This document shows, piece after piece, positions 16,815 through 24,807 of a stretch of 31,295 bases of DNA. The notes beneath the pieces were generated by a model, which worked only from the letters and a program-made list of their open reading frames with translations, was not told the DNA's origin and did no database searches. The stretch is from positions 1 through 31,295 of IMG/VR virus record IMGVR_UViG_3300048861_000049; one strand, given 5' to 3'. This DNA is from a virus (Duplodnaviria > Caudoviricetes). Position 1 is the first letter of the stretch, and every line of letters begins with the position of its first letter. The translations under genes were made by a program, and so were the position numbers.

Positions 16815-17528
16815 TCAGTGCATCGCCGGAACGGTAGCGAGCTGGGGCGCCTTGGGCTCGCCCACCGGGATGACGTCCTCGGCCGTCGCGCCCTTGCCCT
16901 CGGCGACATCGACGAGATCGTTGGGCATGAAGATCTTCAGGCGGAGCAGCAGGCCCTTCAGCGAGCGCAGGTAGTCGTCGCGCTTGCTCTCCTCCATGGC
17001 ATCCAGCTTGAACGCCAGCTTGGCGGCCTGGGGCTGGATATTCGCCCGCTTCTTGATCTCCTTGTAGGCGGTCGACATCTCCTGCGAGAATTCGCCGACC
17101 TTCGACTGCGCGGACTTGATGTCGTTGTGGTAGATCTTCACGGCCAGATCGAAGTCAGGCGCGATGACCTGCTGGACCTGTTCCACCTTGGGGGTGCGCC
17201 TACGAGCCATGTTCATTTTCTCCGGTGCTGTTGAGGGTGAGGCAGGGCCATCCATCGGGGAGTCATAGGAGCCCCCTGTCCCGTCCCCGTTGACGCTCTC
17301 GCGCTGGATGGCCTTGTCGACAGCCGCCGCCTCGGTCGGCTGCTCAAGGTTCGGGTGGGGCATCTCTGAAGTGTCGATGTGCGCGTATTCGCCGGCGCGC
17401 TCCGCGTCGTCGTGCAGCCGGGCCTCACCGATTCCCATCGGCGCAAACACGGCCGACGACATCATGGTCAGGCCGGAGCGACGCGCGGACAGATAGCGCA
17501 TGAGTTGGACGGAGCAGGGTAGCGTCAT
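16815..17528 (-). CDS. Protein with divergent GapR/DUF2312-like C-terminal DNA-binding domain; alternative starts at 17216/17210
   Basis: Helical pattern SQEMSTAYKEIKKRANIQPQAAKLAFKLDAMEESKRDDYLRSL matches the GapR layout by eye. ATGA-coupled start at 17528; internal GGAG SD. Confidence 0.55.
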   Translation of the reverse strand: MTLPCSVQLMRYLSARRSGLTMMSSAVFAPMGIGEARLHDDAERAGEYAHIDTSEMPHPNLEQPTEAAAVDKAIQRESVNGDGTGGSYDSPMDGPASPSTAPEKMNMARRRTPKVEQVQQVIAPDFDLAVKIYHNDIKSAQSKVGEFSQEMSTAYKEIKKRANIQPQAAKLAFKLDAMEESKRDDYLRSLKGLLLRLKIFMPNDLVDVAEGKGATAEDVIPVGEPKAPQLATVPAMH

Positions 17529-17824
17529 TCGGCCGGCGCCTCGCCGCGCAGTTGTGCGGACCTCGCGGCGCGCATGGCCGCAAATGCCTGCTGATCCTTT
17601 GCGCGACGGCTCGGACCGGGCTTGGCGATGCGGGCAGACACTTCGGCGTTGCCCTTCAGCTTGCCGATCTCGTGCGCCGCGATCGCCAGCCGGTCGACAT
17701 GCCGGCCGCATTCGACATCGAGCCGGTCCGCGCGCGCTTGCTCCGTCTTCCACCGGGTGAGTGAGAAGGTCGCGACGGCAACGGCGACGATCGACGTCAC
17801 GGTCTGGAGCATATCGAGCATCAC
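17525..17824 (-). CDS. Hypothetical protein with N-terminal TM segment and coiled coil
   Basis: VTSIVAVAVATFSL hydrophobic stretch; overlaps both neighbours. Confidence 0.6.
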   Translation of the reverse strand: MMLDMLQTVTSIVAVAVATFSLTRWKTEQARADRLDVECGRHVDRLAIAAHEIGKLKGNAEVSARIAKPGPSRRAKDQQAFAAMRAARSAQLRGEAPAE

Positions 17825-18333
17825 CGTGCTTCCCTCTGCTGCTGGAAATACCGATCAGCCCATCCGATCTGGGTCGGCGCGGCGTTGACCTTCGGGCGGC
17901 GGCTCCACGACACGGGCAGGCCGCACTTCTTCCGCCAGATCTTCACGGTACCGTAGCTGACGCCGTAATGGGTCGCTGCGCCGTACGGACCGAGGTCGGC
18001 AACGATCTGAGCCAGGTCGGCCGGGATCGCTCGACGCTTGTTGCCGCCCCGCTTGGAGCGCTTGCGGCCCACTTCATCAGCCCAACGGCGCACCGTGTGA
18101 TCGCTGGCCCGGTAATGCTTTCGCAGCTCGTCGATCGTCATCGTGTCGCACAACAGCGTGAAATCGGATGGGCGCTGCCGGTGATCTTGATAGGCCGCCT
18201 TCCAGCCACGAGCCTTCGCATCGGTGATGGACCGCCGATTGACCCCGACGATCTCCGCAGCCGCGGTCATCGTGTGAACATCACAGAGTCGGCGCAGACG
18301 GTCGATGGTGGCCTGCGTGAGCGGGCGACCCAT
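17821..18333 (-). CDS. Tandem (three-fold) HTH-like DNA-binding protein
   Basis: AAAEIVGVNRRSI, ELRKHYRASDHTVRRW and AATHYGVSYGTVKIWRKKCG. Confidence 0.7.
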   Translation of the reverse strand: MGRPLTQATIDRLRRLCDVHTMTAAAEIVGVNRRSITDAKARGWKAAYQDHRQRPSDFTLLCDTMTIDELRKHYRASDHTVRRWADEVGRKRSKRGGNKRRAIPADLAQIVADLGPYGAATHYGVSYGTVKIWRKKCGLPVSWSRRPKVNAAPTQIGWADRYFQQQREAR

Positions 18334-18812
18334 TATGCGACGCTCCGAAGGCCGCGATAGCGCGCGCCTTCCTCCAGCAGGTTGCCGGTCAGACGGTGAA
18401 CCTCCCGAAGGAGATCCTCCATATCCATGATCTCTGGGCCAACTATGCGCCGGCCGCCGGGGCTATCCGGATGCTGCGCCGCCAGCAGGCGCTCGAGGAG
18501 CCTCGACATCAGCAGCGCAGCATCGTCGGTGTCGCAAATGGCGTCCTCGTCGACGATCCGCTTGCGTTTGTGCATCAGCCATTCGTCGAGGATCGTGTCG
18601 TCCTCGTCGAATGCGCGATCGATCTGTTCGAACCGCGGCATTGAGCCGGCCAACTGCTTGGCAACGCCCTCGCCGCTGATCTCCAGCATATCGGCGAAGC
18701 GACCACGGCCCATTCTAGCGATCAGTCGCGACCAGCCGACCATCAGCTTGGCGTGTAACTGGAGTTTGGTTAAGCGCTGCGGTGCAGCAACGACAGTGCC
18801 CGGCTCAGCCAT
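18333..18812 (-). CDS. CII-position putative transcription regulator
   Basis: HTH-like FADMLEISGEGVAKQL and DSPGGRRI...E C-terminal helices; located downstream of cro. Confidence 0.55.
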   Translation of the reverse strand: MAEPGTVVAAPQRLTKLQLHAKLMVGWSRLIARMGRGRFADMLEISGEGVAKQLAGSMPRFEQIDRAFDEDDTILDEWLMHKRKRIVDEDAICDTDDAALLMSRLLERLLAAQHPDSPGGRRIVGPEIMDMEDLLREVHRLTGNLLEEGARYRGLRSVA

Positions 18813-18963
18813 TAGTCGTGGCCCCGCAATGGACGAACCCCGACACATCGCCGAGATCATCGACAAGCTGCGTTTGCGTGCGCCCGCGAAGGGCCGCGAT
18901 CGCGCTGTCGAGAAACTGTGCGACGGCCCACGGGACCGACAGGACGGCGAGCAGGCGGGTCAT
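18805..18963 (-). CDS. Small hypothetical protein (52 aa)
   Basis: SD GGAG then MTRLLAVLSVPWAVAQF... Confidence 0.55.
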   Translation of the reverse strand: MTRLLAVLSVPWAVAQFLDSAIAALRGRTQTQLVDDLGDVSGFVHCGATTNG

Positions 18964-19136
18964 TTCGATGCTCCGGGTGAGAGGGGTCCTCGGCGGCTGG
19001 CGCAGCGCACGCCAGCCGCGTCGGTCCCGGCTGCGGGGAGGGGGAAAGCAGCCGAAACTTGCTTGGCCCACGCAGAGCCGAGAAACTCGTGATCGGAATG
19101 TCCGCAGAGCGTGCGGCCGCAGCGCGCGCAGGTCAT
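18960..19136 (-). CDS. 58-aa Cys/His-rich ORF (not in ORF track)
   Basis: MTCARCGRTLCGHSDHEF...; SD GGAGG; ATGA overlaps at both ends. Confidence 0.55.
   Translation of the reverse strand: MTCARCGRTLCGHSDHEFLGSAWAKQVSAAFPLPAAGTDAAGVRCASRRGPLSPGASK
18993..19054 (-). other. Two RNA hairpins, one with an anti-Shine-Dalgarno loop
   Basis: Perfect 10-bp stem at 18993-19019; perfect 7-bp stem at 19028-19054 with loop UUUCCCCCUCCCC on the minus strand. Confidence 0.55.
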
Positions 19137-19219
19137 GCGGCGCCTCCGCCGGGAGCGGTGCGAACGCTCCCGGCTTCGGCTACGGTCAGTCCGCTGAGTA
19201 TGACCGGAGTGCAGGAACC

Positions 19220-19693
19220 GTGGGAATCAACCCCGAATGGATATCGGCCATGATCGCCGCAGCGGTCGCGAGCGGAGGTCTGGCGACCTGGATTGAGCGC
19301 AGACGAGCGCAAGGGCGCGCTGCGCTTCCGATCATCCGCCGAAACGGAGAGATGATCACAATCGTGAACCGGCTCGACGAGGACATCGAGCTGATCAAGA
19401 TCCAGGCGACGGGCGATATCGATATCAGGGGGCCGCGATACGACCATGGCGGATCGGTCGTTCCTGGAAGCGAGGAATTCAATCCCTCCCCAGTGATGTG
19501 CTCGCTCCGCATTATTGCGCACGGTCAAAAGAATATGCTGCTTCAGGTGCGACCGTCGTCCAAGCCGCCGCGCGCGTGGCTCACCTTTTCCTCCAGCGCG
19601 CGAACACTTCGCTCCAAGCGGATCGAGGTTCGCATGTTCACCACGCTGAAAATTCCCAGGACCGCGCAGATGACGGCCAAGGACCATTCCTGA
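19220..19693 (+). CDS. Moron-like membrane-anchored beta-rich protein, antisense to the early operon
   Basis: GTG 19220 with upstream GGAG/AGGA; N-terminal WISAMIAAAVASGGLATWI followed by ERRR; protein-like composition. Confidence 0.6.
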   Translation: MGINPEWISAMIAAAVASGGLATWIERRRAQGRAALPIIRRNGEMITIVNRLDEDIELIKIQATGDIDIRGPRYDHGGSVVPGSEEFNPSPVMCSLRIIAHGQKNMLLQVRPSSKPPRAWLTFSSSARTLRSKRIEVRMFTTLKIPRTAQMTAKDHS

Positions 19694-19713
19694 ATCATGT
19701 TTGGCTCCCTTCA

Positions 19714-19899
19714 TCACGCCGCCGCCTGCTCGGCATGCCGGCGCTCTAGGGCTTCTAAGGCGAGTGCATATCGCAGATCGGCGCTATTGGAGTTTTCGGC
19801 GCGGGAAACAGCAGCTTGACTGATGCCAAGCAAGGAAGCGAGCTCGGTTTGCGAGAGGCCGAGCGCTCGGCGCCGGTCGGAGAGCGTGTCCTGTTCCAT
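19714..19899 (-). CDS. cro: Cro-like XRE HTH repressor (61 aa)
   Basis: RRRALGLSQTELASLLGISQAAVSRAE; divergent from cI. Confidence 0.88.
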   Translation of the reverse strand: MEQDTLSDRRRALGLSQTELASLLGISQAAVSRAENSNSADLRYALALEALERRHAEQAAA

Positions 19900-19909
19900 T
19901 CGGCGTATA

Positions 19910-19979
19910 TATACGTATGCGTATAGACGCCGCAACAGGAATATACGCAGGCGGGTTAGGAAATTCGCTTTCGTATAAT
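19910..19979. promoter_or_regulatory. OR region: three operators, PR and PRM
   Basis: TATACG-tatg-CGTATA at 19910-19925, TATACG-cagg-CGGGTT at 19942-19957, AATTCG-cttt-CGTATA at 19962-19977. TATAAT at 19974-19979 toward cI; TTGCGG..TATATA toward cro. Confidence 0.8.
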
Positions 19980-19991
19980 TACACGGGCGCG

Positions 19992-20648
19992 GTGAGTGAC
20001 CTGTCGACCAGAATTCGCCTATTCCGCCAATCCCTCGGCTTGAACCAAACCGAGTTTGGGAAGCTGTTCGGTGTGAAGCAGGCAACAGCTTCGCGATGGG
20101 AGGCGGGCGCAGTGCCTGAGCCCGCAAACCTTCAGGCAATGGCAGACCGGATGGGAACGACGGTCAGAGATCTGATTGGTGCAGATTTTGCCGTCGATAC
20201 GAAGCCTGGACCAGGCTTGATGATCAAGGGGGCCGTGGCAGCCGGAGTATGGCGAGACGCAGTGCAGTGGCATGAAGAAGAGTGGCAGCCCTACACCGGG
20301 GGCAACCATGTCGAAGCGCCCGTCGACAGACGCTTCGGCCTCATAGTCGAAGGCGAAAGCATGAACGTGCCATACCCGCCGGGCACGATACTCGATTGTG
20401 TGAGCACAATTGGAGGAGGCCAGAAACCGAGGTCTGGTCAGCGTGTCGTGGTTGTCAGGCGGCGTTTTGATGGTGAGTTTGAGGCCACAGTGAAAGAATA
20501 TGTGGTCGACGCATCAGGCAAGGAATGGCTTGTTCCGCGCTCGCACAATCCTGCGTTTCAGATGCCCATCGCAATTGGTACCGAAGAGGATGGCATTGAG
20601 GAGACCGTCATCATGGCGATCGTCCGCGGTGCATATTTACCCGAATGA
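19992..20648 (+). CDS. cI: CI-like repressor (XRE HTH plus S24 autopeptidase)
   Basis: HTH LGLNQTEFGKLFGVKQATASRWE; Ala-Gly site VAAG; catalytic VEGESM (Ser) and ATVKEY (Lys). Confidence 0.95.
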   Translation: MSDLSTRIRLFRQSLGLNQTEFGKLFGVKQATASRWEAGAVPEPANLQAMADRMGTTVRDLIGADFAVDTKPGPGLMIKGAVAAGVWRDAVQWHEEEWQPYTGGNHVEAPVDRRFGLIVEGESMNVPYPPGTILDCVSTIGGGQKPRSGQRVVVVRRRFDGEFEATVKEYVVDASGKEWLVPRSHNPAFQMPIAIGTEEDGIEETVIMAIVRGAYLPE

Positions 20649-20821
20649 TCCGCCTCACTCTCCCCGACGGCACGCCCTGCGCCGTTAACCCATCGCAGGT
20701 ATTTTCCATCAGTTCGACGGAGCAGGGCACCGTGATCTGGTCGGCCTATGCTTCTCGGGTCGAGGTGACGGAGAAGTTCGCCGAGGTCGAGAAGCGGTTG
20801 AAGGCAGGTATGGGACGATAG
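20645..20821 (+). CDS. 58-aa FlbD/SwrD-like small beta protein (not in ORF track)
   Basis: ATGA overlap with cI; MIRLTLPDGTPCAVNPSQVFSISSTEQGTVIWSAYASRVEVTEKFAEVEKRLKAGMGR*. Confidence 0.65.
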   Translation: MIRLTLPDGTPCAVNPSQVFSISSTEQGTVIWSAYASRVEVTEKFAEVEKRLKAGMGR

Positions 20822-20857
20822 GGGAATAGGACGCCGGACCTATCTCAGGAGTGGGGA

Positions 20858-21136
20858 ATGGACGAAAAAGAAGATCATAAGCGCCGACTGGAAACCAATC
20901 GTGCCCTCACATCCATCACCACCGTCCTGGGTCAGCTCGCGACTGCTCAACTGAGCACCATGAGTGGCTTCCTAAGCCATGCGGTTGGCGACACGGAAGA
21001 TATGCGGAAGGAACTGACCACCGCAATGGCGGCGCTCCGGGAGGCGAACGTTGCGATTAATGAAGTCTCAGGTCGGCTTGAGGCGATCATCTTGGCGGAT
21101 TTGCAGGGTTTGGTAGGCAAGGATGGCGATGAGTGA
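20858..21136 (+). CDS. Hypothetical helical protein
   Basis: SD AGGAG/GGGG; 92 aa amphipathic helices. Confidence 0.7.
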   Translation: MDEKEDHKRRLETNRALTSITTVLGQLATAQLSTMSGFLSHAVGDTEDMRKELTTAMAALREANVAINEVSGRLEAIILADLQGLVGKDGDE

Positions 21137-21479
21137 CATTTCTGTGCTGCGCGCCCTGCTCGGTGAGGCAAAATCGCTGGAGAGCGATATCGGGCATCCT
21201 CCCGCGCCGCCATCTAAGCCGCCCTTGCCGCCGGGCGGTGTGAGTGGCACATATGGTGGCATGGATCCATGGCAGCAAAGCGTTGAAAGCCGGCTCGGCC
21301 AAATCCATGGCGACATTGGCGGTCTGCGTACTGACCTAGGCAAACGTGTCGATGATCTCTCACGAACGGTCGACAGCAATTTCAAATGGCTGCTTGGCAG
21401 TTATGGTGCGGGCGTCGTCCTAATCCTCGGTGCCTTGGCTGGTGGGTTTTTGTACCTGGCCGACAAAATCCACCACTGA
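21129..21479 (+). CDS. Coiled-coil protein with C-terminal TM anchor
   Basis: Pro/Gly linker, heptads VESRLGQIHGDIGGLRTDL, then KWLLGSYGAGVVLILGALAGGFLYL. Confidence 0.7.
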   Translation: MSDISVLRALLGEAKSLESDIGHPPAPPSKPPLPPGGVSGTYGGMDPWQQSVESRLGQIHGDIGGLRTDLGKRVDDLSRTVDSNFKWLLGSYGAGVVLILGALAGGFLYLADKIHH

Positions 21480-21503
21480 CTGTCGGACACATCACGCCTT
21501 CGG

Positions 21504-21530
21504 AGCCCCGTCGATTCGGCGGGGCTTTTT
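21504..21530 (+). terminator. Intrinsic terminator ending the cI operon
   Basis: AGCCCCGTCG-att-CGGCGGGGCT followed by TTTT. Confidence 0.85.
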
Positions 21531-21573
21531 GCTGGGCGGCGCGGTCGGCCCTCGAAAGCTGCCGTCTTAGAAA

Positions 21574-21626
21574 TATACGCTGACGGATAAAATCTGCTTG
21601 CGTGTATCCGTATGCGTATATATACC
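21574..21626 (+). promoter_or_regulatory. OL region: two operators and PL
   Basis: TATACG-ctga-CGGATA at 21574-21589 and TATCCG-tatg-CGTATA at 21605-21620; TTGCGT-N17-TATACC at 21598-21626. Confidence 0.8.
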
Positions 21627-21664
21627 TCCTCTCCATCGAGCCACCCCGGCTCGGGAGAGACGAG

Positions 21665-21958
21665 ATGGCCAAGGCCGATCCCTTCCATATCCTGAAGCGC
21701 CAGCGTCAGCGCATGGCCGCCGCCGCCAAGGTCGCGCGCGCCATTGGCCGGCCGGACCTCGCCGACGCCGCTGACGCCTACGCTTTCCGCCTGCACAAGC
21801 TCGCGTCGATGTGCCTCCCGGCCGATTATGCCTACCTGTCCGGCGCGATCGGCAAGAACGGCATGGCCGACGGCATGCGCGACATCAGCGTGTCGATCTG
21901 GATGTACAAGCGCCTGGTCGGCCGCAGGGCGAACCGCGACCGGAAGCTGGCGGCATGA
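21665..21958 (+). CDS. First PL gene, basic hypothetical protein
   Basis: SD GGAG, MAKADPFHILKRQRQR...; ATGA overlap with the next gene. Confidence 0.7.
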   Translation: MAKADPFHILKRQRQRMAAAAKVARAIGRPDLADAADAYAFRLHKLASMCLPADYAYLSGAIGKNGMADGMRDISVSIWMYKRLVGRRANRDRKLAA

Positions 21959-22395
21959 ACGCCTTCACCAACATCGTCGCCGATCCGGTCGAGACGGCGG
22001 TTGCCGCCGCCAACGCTTGGGTCCGCACCGCCACCCCGATCATCAAGGCCTATCTGGCGCTCGACATGATCGATGGTGATCTGCGCGCCGCCGCCCATGA
22101 CTTCCGTGGCCACAAGCGCTGGAACGAGCCGGTCGAATATGACGAGCGCGTCTGCACTGAGGTCCGCAGCGACATCACGAAGGCGGCCGAGCAGGTCTAT
22201 GCCACGATCGAGGGCATCCGCGAGGATTTCATCTGCGACCATTGGGCGCACGAGCCCGACGGTCCGGCCGACGACAGCGACGCCGCCGCTCATGCCTACG
22301 ACGCCGCCTGCGACACCTGCATGGAATTCAACGACCGCCTGAAGCGCGAGACGATCAGCGTGGACGCGGCGGTCAAGCAAATCGGAGAGTTTTGA
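21955..22395 (+). CDS. Acidic hypothetical protein
   Basis: MNAFTNIVADP...; coupled overlaps. Confidence 0.7.
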   Translation: MNAFTNIVADPVETAVAAANAWVRTATPIIKAYLALDMIDGDLRAAAHDFRGHKRWNEPVEYDERVCTEVRSDITKAAEQVYATIEGIREDFICDHWAHEPDGPADDSDAAAHAYDAACDTCMEFNDRLKRETISVDAAVKQIGEF

Positions 22396-22682
22396 TGGGA
22401 AGCCACAACGCTTGGGGCGACGACGTGCGCCCGCAGCTCCGCCTTGTCGAGCGCACCGAGAAGAAGCCTGGTGACCTGATCCTGATCGGGGATCAGGTGG
22501 TTACCGCCGATGAGTGGGGAGGGTGGGACAAGCCGACGCCGGCCTATGTGCCGACAGCGTTCCCGGCGCATCCGACGCTGACGGACGCGGCCTCGCGCAT
22601 CTTCGTGGTGGCGGCGCTGGGCGTAATGTTCGTCGGCGCGGCTGCGATCGCCATTGGCTACCTGACCGGGAAACTTCACTGA
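22395..22682 (+). CDS. Hypothetical protein with C-terminal TM helix
   Basis: IFVVAALGVMFVGAAAIAIGYL; TGATG overlaps. Confidence 0.7.
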   Translation: MGSHNAWGDDVRPQLRLVERTEKKPGDLILIGDQVVTADEWGGWDKPTPAYVPTAFPAHPTLTDAASRIFVVAALGVMFVGAAAIAIGYLTGKLH

Positions 22683-23863
22683 TGATTATCTTCCAAAACC
22701 CCGGCCTCATCGACACCGCCGCCATCACCACCATGGGCGTGAGCGTCAAGGAAGGTGAGGGAGCCATCGGCTACTTCGGCACCGGCCTGAAGTTCGCCAT
22801 CGCCACCCTGCTGCGCGAGGGCTGCTCGATCACGATCTACCGAGGCGAGGAGGCGCTGTCCTTCACCGCCGAAGAGCAGGTGATCCGCGAGCAGGCTTTC
22901 CAGTGCGTCCATATGAACGGCGCGCCGCTGGGCTTCACCACCATGCTCGGCCGCAATTGGAAGGCTTGGATGGCCTTCCGCGAGCTCGCCAGCAATTGCC
23001 GCGATGAGGGCGGTGAATACTGGCGCGGCGACGAGGCACAGACCTTCGCCGACCACACCACCATCGTCGTTTCAGGCAATGCGATCATGGATGTGTGGAG
23101 CGAGCGCGGCACGATCATGCTGTCGGGCGAGCCGGCGTATGCGAACGACTATGCCGAGGTGCGCGAGGGCGCGTCGCAGTTCATCTATTATCGCGGTGTC
23201 CGCATCTTCGAAGCGCCGAGGACGACTTCCCACACCTATAACATCCTGACGCCGCTGGAGCTGACCGAGGATCGAACCGCCAAGAACTGGTATGAAGTAG
23301 AGATGGCGCTGGAGCGCTGCATTGGCTCGATGGACAACCGCGCGATGCTCCGCCGGATCCTCACCTGCGGCGAGGGCTATACCGAGCATCACATGAACAT
23401 CCCCGCGTACGGTCTCCCCCAAGAGACGTTTCGCGAGATGGCCCGCGAGATCGCGATGGGCACTACGACGGAGGCGAACGCCAACCCGCACGCGGTTTCC
23501 TATGCCCGAGCCAGCGCCATCAAGGATATGAAGCCCGGCGACGGCGTGAAGCTGGATGCCGTGCAGGGCAAGATGCTGGAGCGTTCGATCTCCATGCTGG
23601 AGGCCGGCGGGTTCCCCGTCCGTGATATGCCGCTGATCGTCGTCGACACCCTTGGCCCGAACATCCACGGGCTGGCGAAAGACGGCAAGATCTTCCTCTC
23701 CACGCTGCCGTTCGAGAAAGGCACGCGGGAGGTGGCGGCGACGCTGCTGGAGGAGTTCGCTCACCTCAAGAGCGGGCAGGGTGATTGTACCCGTGGCTTC
23801 CAGAACTGGCTGTTCGATCAGCTTCTGGTTCGGTCGGAGCGCGCTGCTGGGGAGCCGTTCTGA
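22682..23863 (+). CDS. GHKL-type ATPase (apparently permuted) with C-terminal zincin-like segment
   Basis: FQNPG, GVSVK, IGYFGTGLK, then RELASNCRDEGG; C-terminal TLLEEFAH. Confidence 0.7.
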   Translation: MIIFQNPGLIDTAAITTMGVSVKEGEGAIGYFGTGLKFAIATLLREGCSITIYRGEEALSFTAEEQVIREQAFQCVHMNGAPLGFTTMLGRNWKAWMAFRELASNCRDEGGEYWRGDEAQTFADHTTIVVSGNAIMDVWSERGTIMLSGEPAYANDYAEVREGASQFIYYRGVRIFEAPRTTSHTYNILTPLELTEDRTAKNWYEVEMALERCIGSMDNRAMLRRILTCGEGYTEHHMNIPAYGLPQETFREMAREIAMGTTTEANANPHAVSYARASAIKDMKPGDGVKLDAVQGKMLERSISMLEAGGFPVRDMPLIVVDTLGPNIHGLAKDGKIFLSTLPFEKGTREVAATLLEEFAHLKSGQGDCTRGFQNWLFDQLLVRSERAAGEPF

Positions 23864-24807
23864 TGGGCATCCACCAGCCAATCGCCGGCGATGACGCCGC
23901 CTTCCGCGCTTCCCATGTCGGCGCGTCCGAGGTCGCAGCCCTATTCGACTGCCACCCCTGGATGACTCGGTTCGAGATGTGGAACCGGAAGTCCGGCAAG
24001 CTGCCGACACCCGGCTTCAACGAGATCGGTGATGACGGCGTGCCGCTGAACGAGCGAGCATTCTGGGGCGTAAAGATGGAGGCCCCGATCATCGAAGGCG
24101 CCATGGAGCGCTGGGGCTATCGCGATCGCCCGCAGACCGGGCAGCTCAGCAACGGGCGTGGGCTCGGCGGTCACCCTGACCGCCAGGTGATCTGTCCCGA
24201 GCGTGGCCCCGGCATCCTTGAGACCAAGATGGTCGATTGGCTTGAGTTCAAGAAGTGGGAGGGTGAACCGCCTCTCAACTATCTGCTCCAGAACCAGACC
24301 TATCAGGGGCTCGATCGGGTGACTTGGGGCGACGTCATCGTCCTGGTCGGCGGCAACAAGCTGGAGCGCTTCCAGTATCCGTTCCGCCCGGCGCTGTTCG
24401 AGAAGATAGAGCAGGAGACGGAGGCCTTCTGGGCATCGGTGCGCGCCGGTAAGGCTCCGAAGCCTGAGTATGCCCGCGACCGCAGCGCAATCGCTGAGAT
24501 CTACGGCAACGCTGCTGACCGCGTGATCGACCTTCGCCACGACAACCGGATGCCCGAGCTGGCAGCCGAGTTCCTGAGTGCGAAGGATGCCAAGAAAGCC
24601 GCTGATGCGAAGGTCGACGCGCTGTGGGCCGAGATCATCCACCGCATGGACGACAACACCATAGCGATGGTCGAGGGCTTCACGGTCAAGGCGCCAATCG
24701 TCGCCGGAACGCCCGACAAGATCATCACGCCAGCCATGGTCGGCACGGTCCAGAAGGGCCGGAAGTCGAGCCGTCGCCTCTACATCAAGGAATACACCTC
24801 CAAATGA
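23863..24807 (+). CDS. YqaJ / lambda-exonuclease-like recombination nuclease
   Basis: VGASEVAAL, WG..ME, GHPDR, ILETK and Y.LQ.Q motifs. Confidence 0.88.
   Translation: MGIHQPIAGDDAAFRASHVGASEVAALFDCHPWMTRFEMWNRKSGKLPTPGFNEIGDDGVPLNERAFWGVKMEAPIIEGAMERWGYRDRPQTGQLSNGRGLGGHPDRQVICPERGPGILETKMVDWLEFKKWEGEPPLNYLLQNQTYQGLDRVTWGDVIVLVGGNKLERFQYPFRPALFEKIEQETEAFWASVRAGKAPKPEYARDRSAIAEIYGNAADRVIDLRHDNRMPELAAEFLSAKDAKKAADAKVDALWAEIIHRMDDNTIAMVEGFTVKAPIVAGTPDKIITPAMVGTVQKGRKSSRRLYIKEYTSK

Noticed and set aside
17250-17295. G/C-rich hairpin as a tRNA remnant
   Set aside because: Imperfect stem; no cloverleaf or T-loop consensus.
670-18360. Long plus-strand ORFs such as 2306..3355, 3970..5217, 9450..11333 and 11330..12409
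   Set aside because: Antisense shadows of well-supported minus-strand genes; Arg/Gly-rich with no motifs, as expected in high-GC DNA.
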